Below are positions 33,096 to 43,108 of a stretch of 44,597 nt of DNA, piece after piece. The stretch is from a virus. Lineage: Duplodnaviria > Caudoviricetes. The translations under genes were made by a program, and so were the position numbers. The notes beneath the pieces were generated by a model, which was not told the DNA's origin, did no database searches, and was given only the letters and a program-made list of their open reading frames with translations. Numbering within the stretch: the first letter of the stretch is position 1; each line of letters begins with the position of its first letter. The stretch lies in IMG/VR virus record IMGVR_UViG_3300014508_000001, positions 1 through 44,597 of that record. The stretch is one strand, 5' to 3'.

Positions 33096-34646
33096 ATGTC
33101 TGCTAATAAAATCAAATTAGGTGGAGGTAAGTCTCCAATACCTGAGATGTATGAACAGTTTCAAACTAAAAGAAATCCTTATTTAGATAGGGCTAAAGAA
33201 TACTCACGTATGACATTGCCGTATCTAATGCCAGAAAGTACCAACCGTTCAGGTGGTGACAATCAGCATGGGTTTCAAGGCATAGGTGCTCAGGCAACTA
33301 ATCATCTTGCTAACAAATTGACGTTAACTTTATTCCCACCTCAACGTAGTTTCTTTAAACTAGAACCCTCAGATGAAGCAACAGTAGAATTAGAAGAGCA
33401 AGGCTTTACTAAAACTGCATTGGCTACACATCTAGCTTCTATTGAAAATAAAACTATGTTAGTTCAGGAACAGAAAGCCTCTCGCTCAGGAATGACCGAG
33501 GCTTTCAAACAACTAACAGTCACAGGTAATGTATGTCTTTACTTACCTCAAAAGAAAGAAGGTCTATTACAGGCAATTCCATTAAGTAATTATGTAGTTA
33601 AGCGAACCTTAGATGGTCAACTTAGGTCACTAATTATATTAGAAGAGAAGCCTTTAGAAGATTTAGAACCAACTGTACAAGCGCTTATTAAGTCAAATGG
33701 TAGACATAGTATGAAAGGCAATGAGCCTGTTAAATTATATACTATGGCTAAGTATAACGATGGTATGTTTGATATTACTCAATCTGCTTTCGATACTCCA
33801 TTGGCTACTAAGAACCGTATCAAAGCTGAGAAGCTACCGTGGATACCATTAAGATGGAACACTTGTTATGGTGAAGATTATGGTAGAGGTTTAGTAGAAG
33901 ACCATGCAGGAGACTTCTTTGTCGTTGAACTATTATCTGAAGCTGTAGCTAAAGGTATGGTATTAATGTCAGATATTAAATATCTCGTAAAGCAAGGCTC
34001 GACTATTGACCTTGAACATCTAATCAACTCGCCTACAGGTGAATTCATCTATGGTAATCTTGATGATATTGGTGTATTGCAATTAGATAAATTTGCTGAT
34101 TACTCTAAAATCACTGAAGTCCTAAATGAATACAAGCGAAGAATTGGTCAAGCATTTATGCTTCAATCTGCTAATCGAAGAGATGCTGAACGTGTAACCA
34201 CTGTTGAGCTTAGATTAGATGCAGCAGAGTTAGAGACTTCACTTGGTGGTATTTATAGTCAATTTGCACAGACATTACAACGTCCACTTGCATTACTATA
34301 CTTACAACACGTTAGTTTACGCTTAGGTAGTGAGACTCTCACACCTATTATATTAACTGGACTTTCTGCTTTAGGTAAGTCAAATGACTTAGATAAGATA
34401 TCCCAATTCTCAGAGATGATGCAAGTGCCGCAGTCGTGGCCTGAACCTGTATTAGCTCGTGTTAAATGGGACGATTATGCAGCTTCGGTTGCTGCCTCTC
34501 TTAGTATGTCTATGACTTGGTTTATGTCAGAAGAAGAATTCGCTGAGTCTCAAAACTCTAAAGCGGAAGCTGAACAACAACAAGCAATGACAGCAGAGGC
34601 TAGTAAGGCTATCCCTGATGTTATCAAACAACAAGTAGGAGGATAG
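33096..34646 (+). CDS. Portal (head-tail connector)
   Basis: TLPYL, GAQATNHLANKL...LFPP..SFF, GEDYGRG, RDAERVT..E. Confidence 0.95.
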   Translation: MSANKIKLGGGKSPIPEMYEQFQTKRNPYLDRAKEYSRMTLPYLMPESTNRSGGDNQHGFQGIGAQATNHLANKLTLTLFPPQRSFFKLEPSDEATVELEEQGFTKTALATHLASIENKTMLVQEQKASRSGMTEAFKQLTVTGNVCLYLPQKKEGLLQAIPLSNYVVKRTLDGQLRSLIILEEKPLEDLEPTVQALIKSNGRHSMKGNEPVKLYTMAKYNDGMFDITQSAFDTPLATKNRIKAEKLPWIPLRWNTCYGEDYGRGLVEDHAGDFFVVELLSEAVAKGMVLMSDIKYLVKQGSTIDLEHLINSPTGEFIYGNLDDIGVLQLDKFADYSKITEVLNEYKRRIGQAFMLQSANRRDAERVTTVELRLDAAELETSLGGIYSQFAQTLQRPLALLYLQHVSLRLGSETLTPIILTGLSALGKSNDLDKISQFSEMMQVPQSWPEPVLARVKWDDYAASVAASLSMSMTWFMSEEEFAESQNSKAEAEQQQAMTAEASKAIPDVIKQQVGG

Positions 34647-34649
34647 CAG

Positions 34650-35480
34650 ATGGCTATTGAAGTGCATGATGCACCATTAGTGGTGGAAGGTCAATCACAG
34701 GAGAATGAAGATGTATCGCCTGAAATTGAAAATGAGATTCCTGAGGGTGAAATATCGCCTGAAGGTACTGAAGTGGTTGCTGATGATAAGGGCGATGATG
34801 CTAGTATCGACACTGACTTGGATGGCGACACTACTGATGAAGAGCCTGAAGGTGATGTAACATTTACTTATGATGGCCTTGAAGTCAATGTAGGTATTCC
34901 TGATGACTTACGTGAGCAGTTCGCTGAAAAAGATTTAAACATTGATGACATCGTTAAAGAATTATATGATGGTGAATTTGGGTTATCTGAAGATTCAAAA
35001 GCTAAGCTCAGTGAAGTCTATGGTAAAACTATTGTTGATAGCTACCTTGATGGTGTGAAAGCTAGAAATGATTTATTCAAAAGTGCTCATGATAAGTCTA
35101 TTTCAGATAATGAAACAGCAAATGAAGAACTTTGGAACACAGCACTTACTCAAGTAGGTGGTGAAGATAACTGGAATAAGTTTGAAGCTTATGCACAAGA
35201 TAAGTTTACAGATGATGAATTTGATGAATTCAATGCAGTTATGAATAGTGGCTCAGCTTACTCTCAAAAATTAGCAATAGCAGATGTAATGTCTCGTTAT
35301 TCTGAATCTGAGGGAGATGACCAATTAGATATCATTGATGGTTCTAGTATTACTAAAGAATCTAATAATGAGGCTCTATCTCAAGCTGATTACCTTTCTT
35401 TATTCAAGTCAGGTGAGTACAGTAGAGACCCTTCTAAGTATGATAATATGCGTAGAAAGGGACAACAATTGGGCATCTAA
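34650..35480 (+). CDS. Capsid scaffolding protein
   Basis: Acidic; VGGEDNW motif; between portal and capsid. Confidence 0.88.
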   Translation: MAIEVHDAPLVVEGQSQENEDVSPEIENEIPEGEISPEGTEVVADDKGDDASIDTDLDGDTTDEEPEGDVTFTYDGLEVNVGIPDDLREQFAEKDLNIDDIVKELYDGEFGLSEDSKAKLSEVYGKTIVDSYLDGVKARNDLFKSAHDKSISDNETANEELWNTALTQVGGEDNWNKFEAYAQDKFTDDEFDEFNAVMNSGSAYSQKLAIADVMSRYSESEGDDQLDIIDGSSITKESNNEALSQADYLSLFKSGEYSRDPSKYDNMRRKGQQLGI

Positions 35481-35485
35481 GAATT

Positions 35486-35508
35486 AATTAAGTTGCTCTA
35501 TAGATACA
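35486..35508 (+). promoter_or_regulatory. Phage RNAP promoter for capsid (+1 G at 35503)
   Basis: AATTAAGTTGCTCTATA-GATACA. Confidence 0.88.
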
Positions 35509-35651
35509 AGAGAGAAAAGTAGTCCTAGAGATTATAGAGAGTATGGTAGTGATAGAGGGTATTTATCCTCTTCTTATTACCTCCTCTTCTCTTATTGTAA
35601 TTAATATTAATTATATATATAAACAATAACCTCTTTAAGGAGATTTATAAA

Positions 35652-36719
35652 ATGGCAGGTTCTCAAGCAGGTGCTTTAACAAACCCAGCGGTTTCCGCTT
35701 CAGGTGAAGTAGATTCATTATTAATTGAAAAGTTTACTGGTAAAGTACATGAACAATATTTAAAAGGTGAAAACCTTCAAGCATACTTTAATATGCAAGA
35801 AGTAACTGGTACTAATATGGTATCAAATAAATACATTGGCGAAACTGAATTGCAAGCGATGATTGCAGGTCAAGAAGCTGAAGGTCATGAAGTTGAATAC
35901 GACAAGAATGCTCTTGTGGTAGATACCTCTGTTATTGCACGTAACATTGTAGCTCAGTTACATGATGTACAATCAGACATCGAAAGCAATAAATCTAAAA
36001 TTGCCATGAATCAAACCAAGCAAATTAAAAAGCTTGAAGATGAAATGATTATCCAACAGTGTATCTTTGGTGCTATTTCAAACACCGAAGCTGTACGTAC
36101 TACTCCACGAGTTAAAGGTCATGGTTTCTCAATCAAGACAGTTATCTCTGATGTTCAAGCTGATGAAGCAAACAGCATCTTAGCAGCTATTGAACTTAGT
36201 TTAGAAAAGCAGTTAGAACAAGATGTAGAAATTAATGATGTTGTGTTAGTAATGCCTTGGGCATCTTTCAACGCATTATCTGATGCTGAGCGTTTAGTTA
36301 ATAAAGACTATACATTAGAGTCAGGTGTTACTATCTCAGGTTTCGTATTGAAGCGCTGGAATCTTCCAGTAGTTCCTTCTAACCGTTTCCCTAAAGTTGC
36401 ACATACTGGTAGTAAGCATCATTTATTATCTAAATCGTCTAACCAGTACCGTTACGATGTAACTACTGAAATGACTAATTGTGTTGGTATTCTATTCACA
36501 GCTGATTCATTATTGATGGGCCGTACAATTGCTCTTCAAGGTGATATCTTTTGGGATAAGAAAACCAAAGCTTTCTTCGTAGACTCATGGTTTGCTGAAG
36601 GTGCTATCCCTGACCGTTGGGAAGCAACAAGTGCAGTATTTAAAGGTGGTTCTGAAAATGCCGCTGTTAAGACTCGTGCTGTTCGTAAAGCAACACAAAC
36701 TCAAACTGTATCAGCTTAA
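35652..36719 (+). CDS. Major capsid protein
   Basis: SLLIEKFTGKV, VVPSNRFP, AEGAIPDRWEA; flanked by a promoter and a terminator. Confidence 0.93.
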   Translation: MAGSQAGALTNPAVSASGEVDSLLIEKFTGKVHEQYLKGENLQAYFNMQEVTGTNMVSNKYIGETELQAMIAGQEAEGHEVEYDKNALVVDTSVIARNIVAQLHDVQSDIESNKSKIAMNQTKQIKKLEDEMIIQQCIFGAISNTEAVRTTPRVKGHGFSIKTVISDVQADEANSILAAIELSLEKQLEQDVEINDVVLVMPWASFNALSDAERLVNKDYTLESGVTISGFVLKRWNLPVVPSNRFPKVAHTGSKHHLLSKSSNQYRYDVTTEMTNCVGILFTADSLLMGRTIALQGDIFWDKKTKAFFVDSWFAEGAIPDRWEATSAVFKGGSENAAVKTRAVRKATQTQTVSA

Positions 36720-36741
36720 TCTTTTAAGTTAATATAGTCCT

Positions 36742-36778
36742 AGCCCCTCCTAATTAATTTTAGTTGGGGCTTATTTTT
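36742..36778 (+). terminator. Tphi-like terminator after capsid
   Basis: AGCCCC...GGGGCT-TATTTTT. Confidence 0.75.
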
Positions 36779-36800
36779 GTCATAATAACTAGGAGGCTCT

Positions 36801-37451
36801 ATGGCACTTACAATGACAGATGCAATAAATGCTTGTCTACGTGGTATCGGTGAAGCGCCTGTAGCAAGTGAAGACACTAACAACCTTGATGCGGCTGTTG
36901 CTATTGATACTATTAAACAAGTATCCTTAGACATACAATCAAAAGGTTGGTGGTTTAATAGAGAAGGTGAGTGGAAACTTTCACCTAATGTTAATGAAGA
37001 GATAAGCGCACCTAATGATATCATTGATATCGTAGCGTGGAGTGGAAGCCGTAATTCTGACCTTACATTACGTCAAGGTAAAGTATACGATAAAGTATCT
37101 CATAGTTTTAAACTATCTCATTTATTGAACAGTGAAGGTCAGATTGAATTTACTTTCATTACTGATATTCCGTTTGAAGACTTACCACCAGTTGCCCAAT
37201 TTGCAGTCCTATACAGAGCACGTAGATTATTTGCTCAAGATGTAGAAGGTGATGCACAGAAATGGCAGTTCACTAAGTCTGATGAGACAACAGCACAGAT
37301 GGCGCTAGAAGCGGCTGAGCTTCGAAATAAGAAGTTTAATGCTTTTAATAACCCTAACGTAGCGGCTTCAGTCTCTCGTATAGGAGGGCCTAACGCACGA
37401 AGTATTGGGTATCGTGCTGGTGCATTTCCTCGTAATATTAATGGGGGCTAA
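36801..37451 (+). CDS. Tail tubular protein A (gp11-like)
   Basis: DAINACLRGIGEAPV, GWWFNRE, FEDLP. Confidence 0.92.
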   Translation: MALTMTDAINACLRGIGEAPVASEDTNNLDAAVAIDTIKQVSLDIQSKGWWFNREGEWKLSPNVNEEISAPNDIIDIVAWSGSRNSDLTLRQGKVYDKVSHSFKLSHLLNSEGQIEFTFITDIPFEDLPPVAQFAVLYRARRLFAQDVEGDAQKWQFTKSDETTAQMALEAAELRNKKFNAFNNPNVAASVSRIGGPNARSIGYRAGAFPRNINGG

Positions 37452-37453
37452 TC

Positions 37454-39835
37454 ATGGGTAAAGTAACTTCAGCATGGGCTAGACCCATTCAAGGTGTTTC
37501 TCAGCAGCCTGAGAAGATACGTAGAGATGGTCAATGTACTCTTCAAGAGAACATGATACCCTCTGTAGTAGATGGCCTTAAGAAGCGAATAGGTACTTAT
37601 AATATATCGAAGATACTAACTACATTGCATGTTGATTCTAAGGTACATTATTATGCAAGAGGTGATGATGAAGAATATCTTATTATACTTGAGCCTAATA
37701 CAAGCCCTCGTGTATTTGACATGGCAGGTATTGAACAGGTAGTTAATATAGAAACTAATTTGGATTATACCAGTAGTGATTACTCAAGTTTAGATAATCC
37801 TAGATTAGATATCATAACTGAAACTATCTCAGATTATACCTTCTTTGTTAATAAGAAAACAGGTGTTTTAAAAGACCCTGCAATTACGCCTGACCTTGCT
37901 AAGAAAGCATTAGTATATTGTCAGTTTGCTAACTACGGTCGTACTTATGAAATAGTAATTAACGATGTTGTTGTCGCTTCTTATACTACACCTAATGGTG
38001 ATGTACCTGAGGATATAACAGATGTAGACACATCTTATGTTGCAGCTAGGCTTGTGAGCAATTTCACACGAGCTAATACATCTATTACCCAAAACGGGAA
38101 TGTACTAGAGGTAACAACAAGTGAAATAGGTCCTTTTGAAGTAACCACAATAGATGGTGCGGGTGGTGAGGATTTAATAGCAGTGCAAGGCACAGTTGAT
38201 TCATTAGCTAAATTACCTCCTAAAGCTCCTATTGGATTTAAGGTCCAAGTCAAAGTAGCAGGAGAGAAAGACTCTGGAGCTTATTGGTTAGTTGCTACTG
38301 GCAGAGATGGTGATGTTGTTAAGTGGGTAGAAACAACAGGTCCTAGAGTAACTACCGCATTTGATAAAGGCACAATGCCTCATACATTAATTAGAGAGTC
38401 AGTTGATGTAAATGGTATTGCAACCTTTAAATATGATAGAGGTGAGTGGGAAGCCAGAGATGTAGGAGATGATGAAAGTAACCCTTATCCATCTTTTATT
38501 AATGATACCGTTGCTCAGACTATATCAAGTGTAGGTCTATTTCAGAACAGATTATACTTCACAAGTGGTGAAGCTATTATTACTACACGCACAGGTGAGT
38601 TCTTTAATTTCTTTAAAAGAACAACTCAAGTATCTTCAGATGATGACCCTTTCGATGTTTATGCAGATGCAAAACAAGTTAATGAGTTATTACATTCAGT
38701 TGTACTTGATGGAGATTTAGTCTTCTTCAGTGAGAATGCACAGTTTATATTAAAAGGTGATAAGCCTATTACTAAAGCAAATGCAACTCTTAAATTGACT
38801 ACTAGTTTTAAAAGCCAGCGTGAAGCAATTCCAGTGGCGGCAGGGGAGAATATATTCTTCGCATTTAATTATGGGCAGTACTCAGGTATACGTGAATTAT
38901 TTACGGATAGTGTCATTGATACTAAGAGAGCTAGGCCAGTAACAGAGCACATCGAAAGTTATCTAAAAGGTAATGTAGTTCAAATGGAAACTAGTTCAAA
39001 TAATAACTGGTTGCTTGTCAGAACAGATGAAGACACTAATGTACTTTATGTATATAATTGGTTGTGGCTTGGTGATGAGAAAGTACAAAGCGCTTGGCAT
39101 TCTTGGGTGTGGCCTGATGATGAAATAATACGTGGTACTATCTTCTCTCGTGACTTGTTGTACATCTTAGTTGAGAGACCAGAAGGTGTATTTCTTGAAG
39201 TCTTAAATATAGGTGACCCTGATGACAATGACTTGCCTTTCCCTGTTAGATTAGATAGAAAGCATACAATAACTGCTACCAAAGTATTAGGTAGATGGGA
39301 ATTCCCTGACACTTTCTCTGATGAAGAAATAGAGAAACTAGAGTACGTTAGAAGTGTAGGTTGCTATCCAGAAGATATTGGAACTACTGTAATCTTTGAA
39401 AGAGGTAATGGTATTTTATTTACAGATGATGAACTTTCTGATGGAACAAGTGCAACATTATTAGGTGGTGTTAAATATACTAGTAAGTATCAACCATCTG
39501 AGCCTGTTGTCAAAGACCATAAGGACAGAGTTATCGGTATTGATAAGTTAATGATAGGTCGTATTTATATTAATTATGAACGAACAGGTCACGTAACTGT
39601 CAAAGTTTCTGATGATTTTAATGATGTACGGGACTATGAATTCAACGGAAGATTCATAGGTGATTTTAATAATGTAATTGGTTTTGCTCCTTTAGTAGAT
39701 GGCACTTATGCTGTCCCTATTATGCAAAAGGCAGATAGGGTAAATATCCTCCTTGAAACTTCAAGTCATCTTCCATTTCAAATGAGAGATATGGAGTTAG
39801 CAGGTCAATTCAAACAACGTGGTAGGAGAGTTTAG
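37454..39835 (+). CDS. Tail tubular protein B (gp12-like)
   Basis: QGVSQQP..IR, GLKKRIG, VGDDESNPYPSF, FQNRL, QSAWH. Confidence 0.93.
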   Translation: MGKVTSAWARPIQGVSQQPEKIRRDGQCTLQENMIPSVVDGLKKRIGTYNISKILTTLHVDSKVHYYARGDDEEYLIILEPNTSPRVFDMAGIEQVVNIETNLDYTSSDYSSLDNPRLDIITETISDYTFFVNKKTGVLKDPAITPDLAKKALVYCQFANYGRTYEIVINDVVVASYTTPNGDVPEDITDVDTSYVAARLVSNFTRANTSITQNGNVLEVTTSEIGPFEVTTIDGAGGEDLIAVQGTVDSLAKLPPKAPIGFKVQVKVAGEKDSGAYWLVATGRDGDVVKWVETTGPRVTTAFDKGTMPHTLIRESVDVNGIATFKYDRGEWEARDVGDDESNPYPSFINDTVAQTISSVGLFQNRLYFTSGEAIITTRTGEFFNFFKRTTQVSSDDDPFDVYADAKQVNELLHSVVLDGDLVFFSENAQFILKGDKPITKANATLKLTTSFKSQREAIPVAAGENIFFAFNYGQYSGIRELFTDSVIDTKRARPVTEHIESYLKGNVVQMETSSNNNWLLVRTDEDTNVLYVYNWLWLGDEKVQSAWHSWVWPDDEIIRGTIFSRDLLYILVERPEGVFLEVLNIGDPDDNDLPFPVRLDRKHTITATKVLGRWEFPDTFSDEEIEKLEYVRSVGCYPEDIGTTVIFERGNGILFTDDELSDGTSATLLGGVKYTSKYQPSEPVVKDHKDRVIGIDKLMIGRIYINYERTGHVTVKVSDDFNDVRDYEFNGRFIGDFNNVIGFAPLVDGTYAVPIMQKADRVNILLETSSHLPFQMRDMELAGQFKQRGRRV

Positions 39836-40357
39836 ATGGCAGTAGCAACAGCGGTCGTTGCTGTAGTAGGTGCAATCGCTCAAGGTATCAAGGCACAGAA
39901 TGTAGCCGAGGCTAATGAGAAGCAGCAGAAGTTAAATAATGCCGCAGTTAGTAAAGCAACTTTAGATTCTTATGATGACTTATCGGCATCTGAGCGTGAT
40001 GTACTTGAAGATACAGCACTGCAAGGCATTGACCAACAGAAGCAAGCTATGCAAGCAGAAGGCCAGATTAACGTCTTAGCTGGAGCTTCAGGCACAGCGG
40101 GTGGTTCTGTTAGCAGTATGCTTTCAGATGTTAAACAAACAAAGGGTAAGAACTTATCAACAATTCAAGGTAATCGTACAACTGAATTAGATAATATTAA
40201 AACTCAAGCTGAACAGATTAGGCAAGGTGGTGCAGGTCGTATGGGTAACCGTACATTTGATAAACCATCTACAGGTATGATACTTGCTAATTCTGCTATG
40301 GCAGGAGCTAGCGCTTATGCAGGTGCTGGTGGTTCATTTGGCGTAGGAGGTGATTAA
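39836..40357 (+). CDS. Internal virion protein (gp14-like)
   Basis: Hydrophobic Ala/Gly ends, ASGTAGGSV; position. Confidence 0.8.
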   Translation: MAVATAVVAVVGAIAQGIKAQNVAEANEKQQKLNNAAVSKATLDSYDDLSASERDVLEDTALQGIDQQKQAMQAEGQINVLAGASGTAGGSVSSMLSDVKQTKGKNLSTIQGNRTTELDNIKTQAEQIRQGGAGRMGNRTFDKPSTGMILANSAMAGASAYAGAGGSFGVGGD

Positions 40358-43044
40358 TGTCAGGTAATAAAATTGAAAGACAGCCTACTCAAGGGCTTGC
40401 TAATATTCAGGGCCAACGAGCTAGACACTCAGGTCAAACTGTAAATAGAGCGCAAGGTCAGCATACAGTAGGAGATGTAGGAAATAGCGGTATGCTTAAT
40501 TCTATATTAAGTGCGGCTGGCAATGTAGCTAGTGGTGTGAGTAGAGAATTGAAGCAGAAGAAGGACTCAGCAAAGCTTAAGGGACGTTATGATGCTATGA
40601 CAGGCCAGATTGCTGATACTGATGCTAGTGACTCTTATAATACCGCTCACGCACTCGTAGGTGCTGAGAATAATATAATCCAAGCAACTTCTAGAATACG
40701 TGAAGCGTCTAAGACCTTTGAGGGTACGGATGACGAATGGACAGAATACATGGACACTGAATTTAAAAGTGCTCAAGATTCTACATTCGAGGCTTCACCT
40801 ATTCTAAGAGATGATGAAAAAGCTCAAACGCAGTGGATGGGCACATTCACTAATATAGTTGGTGAGCAATTGTCAACTATTGCTTATAATCGTCAGTCGG
40901 ATAAGTTATCTCTTGACAAAGCTCGTAATATTAAGACGCTTGAAAGTAACTTTACTCTTAAGTCTGAGGAGTTAAAAGGTGAAGCTCTTGAGAATACTAT
41001 ACGTGAACAGCTTGAAGTAACTACTGATGCACTTGCACTAACTCGTAATGAGTATGAAGCGACTGTAGTATCAGCGGCCTATAATCAAGCTGTTAATGGT
41101 AATGTTAATCTAGTTAATGCTCTTAAGAATATTAATAATGTTGATGGCGTATCTCTTTATGATGCTAATGTAAAATTACAGAAAGCAGAGAAGGCAGGTA
41201 TCAAACTTAATGTTAGTAATGCTTCAGAAGTATTAGCTAAAACTAAATTAGACCTTGAAGATGATTTTGTCTCAGGTCGTATATCAACTGATAAATTCTT
41301 AGCTGAAGCTGGTGCAATGAATGACCGAACATCTAATTCTGCATATACAGCTGAAGGTATGATGAGTGTTGTACGTAGAACACAATCAGCCACTAGTCAG
41401 AAGATTAACCTAGAGAATGGTTCTAACACCTTCAATAATGTAGGTCATGAGGGCGTTAAGGGTACATTAGCTACTTCTAATCTAAAACCTAAGCAACAGC
41501 AGGACGTAATTAACACTGAGTATGCCAAGCTTATTCAGAGTGTTGATGCGGCTGTTGAACACTATGGTGGTCCATTATCTGATGAAGATGCACGTAAGAG
41601 TATCTTAAATGAGAAGATGTTAACCTTTTCTAATAAGCTTGCTTCTAATGGTGTTGTATCTGAGAAGTTCAGAAATACTATTCAATCTATGATGGGTACA
41701 CCTATTGACGTTTATAACGAAGATGGTAGTGCTCCTGAACAAGTTGGAGAAGCTATTAGTTTAATGAACACATTACCACCTGAAACACTTAGAGCTACTT
41801 TGTCCTCTGATAAAGAATTTGGATGGGCTACTAACTTTAAGCGCTTTCAAGAATCAGGTATGTCTCAGGCTCAAGCAGCTGAGAAAGCTAATGCAATTAA
41901 AATGTCACCACCTATTACTGATAGAAAAACTAAAGATGACATTGCAAGTGTAGTCAGTAAGCAAACTGAAGACATCTTTGATACTCGTTGGTTTTCAATG
42001 GATGATGGCACTAGAGCGCACCAGAAGGCTCGTATTAGCAATCAGATAGAAATACACACAATGGCATTAGTTAGAGCAGGAACTCCCGTAGATGATGCAG
42101 GAGCTACAGCAAGTGCTACATTTAACCGTACCCACTTTCAAGTTGAAGATGGAACATATATTAAAGGTAATCAGAATACGGTTGCTTCACTGATGCGTGT
42201 TCATCCTAATGATATTAGTAAAACTCTTGAGTATCATAAAGATGCTAATAAGGAGAAGTACGAGCAGGAATTGGCGGGTGAAGAAATGGAAGGTATTTAT
42301 TATGATATTCAGGAAACTTCGGGTAGTGCTCTCGTTAGAACTGCTACTGGTACTGTTATTGATAGAGTTTCTCTAAATGAAATTGCTATCGGAAGAGATG
42401 CGTATCTCCAAGCTAAGCTCGAGGAAGATAATGCAAGCTTCCTTACTCAGCTTCATAGTTCGTTAAGTTATAAAAGTGGCAAGTCTCAATATACACCTAC
42501 TACACCTGTAGGCTTTGATGAGAATGTTACTAATTTTAATGATGCAATGAAGACAGCTGAGAATGGTATCAAGTCAGGGTTTAATAATGACACTGGTGTC
42601 TGGAGTCCTCACAAGTCTCCTGAAGGTGGAGAGCACACTTTGGCCTATGGTCATAAGCTTTCTGCTAAAGAAGTGAAGCAAGGGTACATAGAAGTTGATG
42701 GTGAGAACTATAGCTTCCGTGAAGGACAGAATCAAATAACTGAAGATATCGCAGATAAGATATATCAAGCTGACAAAAATAAAGCAGTTGATAAACTTAC
42801 TAAGAATTGGAAAGGCTTTGATAAACTCCCACAGAACATGCAACAAGTTCTGACCAATATACAGTTTAATGTAAAAGGAAGCGTAACAGCTACCTCTTGG
42901 CCTAAGCTGAGCAAAGCAATAGAGTCAGGTGATACTGAAGCTATTAAGAAGGAGATGTTAACCAGTTATAAGAAAGCTGGTTCAACTGAATTTACTGAAC
43001 TTGAAGGTCGTAGAGATACAATCTTTAATTCCATTAAATTCTAG
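40357..43044 (+). CDS. Internal virion protein (gp15-like) with C-terminal lysozyme domain
   Basis: AENG...SPEGGEHTLAYGHKL...LTNIQFNV...WPKL lysozyme-like C-terminus. Confidence 0.85.
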   Translation: MSGNKIERQPTQGLANIQGQRARHSGQTVNRAQGQHTVGDVGNSGMLNSILSAAGNVASGVSRELKQKKDSAKLKGRYDAMTGQIADTDASDSYNTAHALVGAENNIIQATSRIREASKTFEGTDDEWTEYMDTEFKSAQDSTFEASPILRDDEKAQTQWMGTFTNIVGEQLSTIAYNRQSDKLSLDKARNIKTLESNFTLKSEELKGEALENTIREQLEVTTDALALTRNEYEATVVSAAYNQAVNGNVNLVNALKNINNVDGVSLYDANVKLQKAEKAGIKLNVSNASEVLAKTKLDLEDDFVSGRISTDKFLAEAGAMNDRTSNSAYTAEGMMSVVRRTQSATSQKINLENGSNTFNNVGHEGVKGTLATSNLKPKQQQDVINTEYAKLIQSVDAAVEHYGGPLSDEDARKSILNEKMLTFSNKLASNGVVSEKFRNTIQSMMGTPIDVYNEDGSAPEQVGEAISLMNTLPPETLRATLSSDKEFGWATNFKRFQESGMSQAQAAEKANAIKMSPPITDRKTKDDIASVVSKQTEDIFDTRWFSMDDGTRAHQKARISNQIEIHTMALVRAGTPVDDAGATASATFNRTHFQVEDGTYIKGNQNTVASLMRVHPNDISKTLEYHKDANKEKYEQELAGEEMEGIYYDIQETSGSALVRTATGTVIDRVSLNEIAIGRDAYLQAKLEEDNASFLTQLHSSLSYKSGKSQYTPTTPVGFDENVTNFNDAMKTAENGIKSGFNNDTGVWSPHKSPEGGEHTLAYGHKLSAKEVKQGYIEVDGENYSFREGQNQITEDIADKIYQADKNKAVDKLTKNWKGFDKLPQNMQQVLTNIQFNVKGSVTATSWPKLSKAIESGDTEAIKKEMLTSYKKAGSTEFTELEGRRDTIFNSIKF

Positions 43045-43053
43045 TGACCCTGA

Positions 43054-43076
43054 GAGCGCCTTTATATAGGGCGTTC
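43054..43076 (+). promoter_or_regulatory. Intergenic hairpin (possible processing site)
   Basis: GAGCGCCT-loop-GGGCGTTC with no T-tract. Confidence 0.45.
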
Positions 43077-43108
43077 AACTGGACTCATTAACAAAAGGAG
43101 GACTATTG

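Noticed and set aside
36690-36800. Capsid frameshift or readthrough extension (T7 10B-like)
   Set aside because: No slippery site or extended frame is evident, and a terminator follows directly
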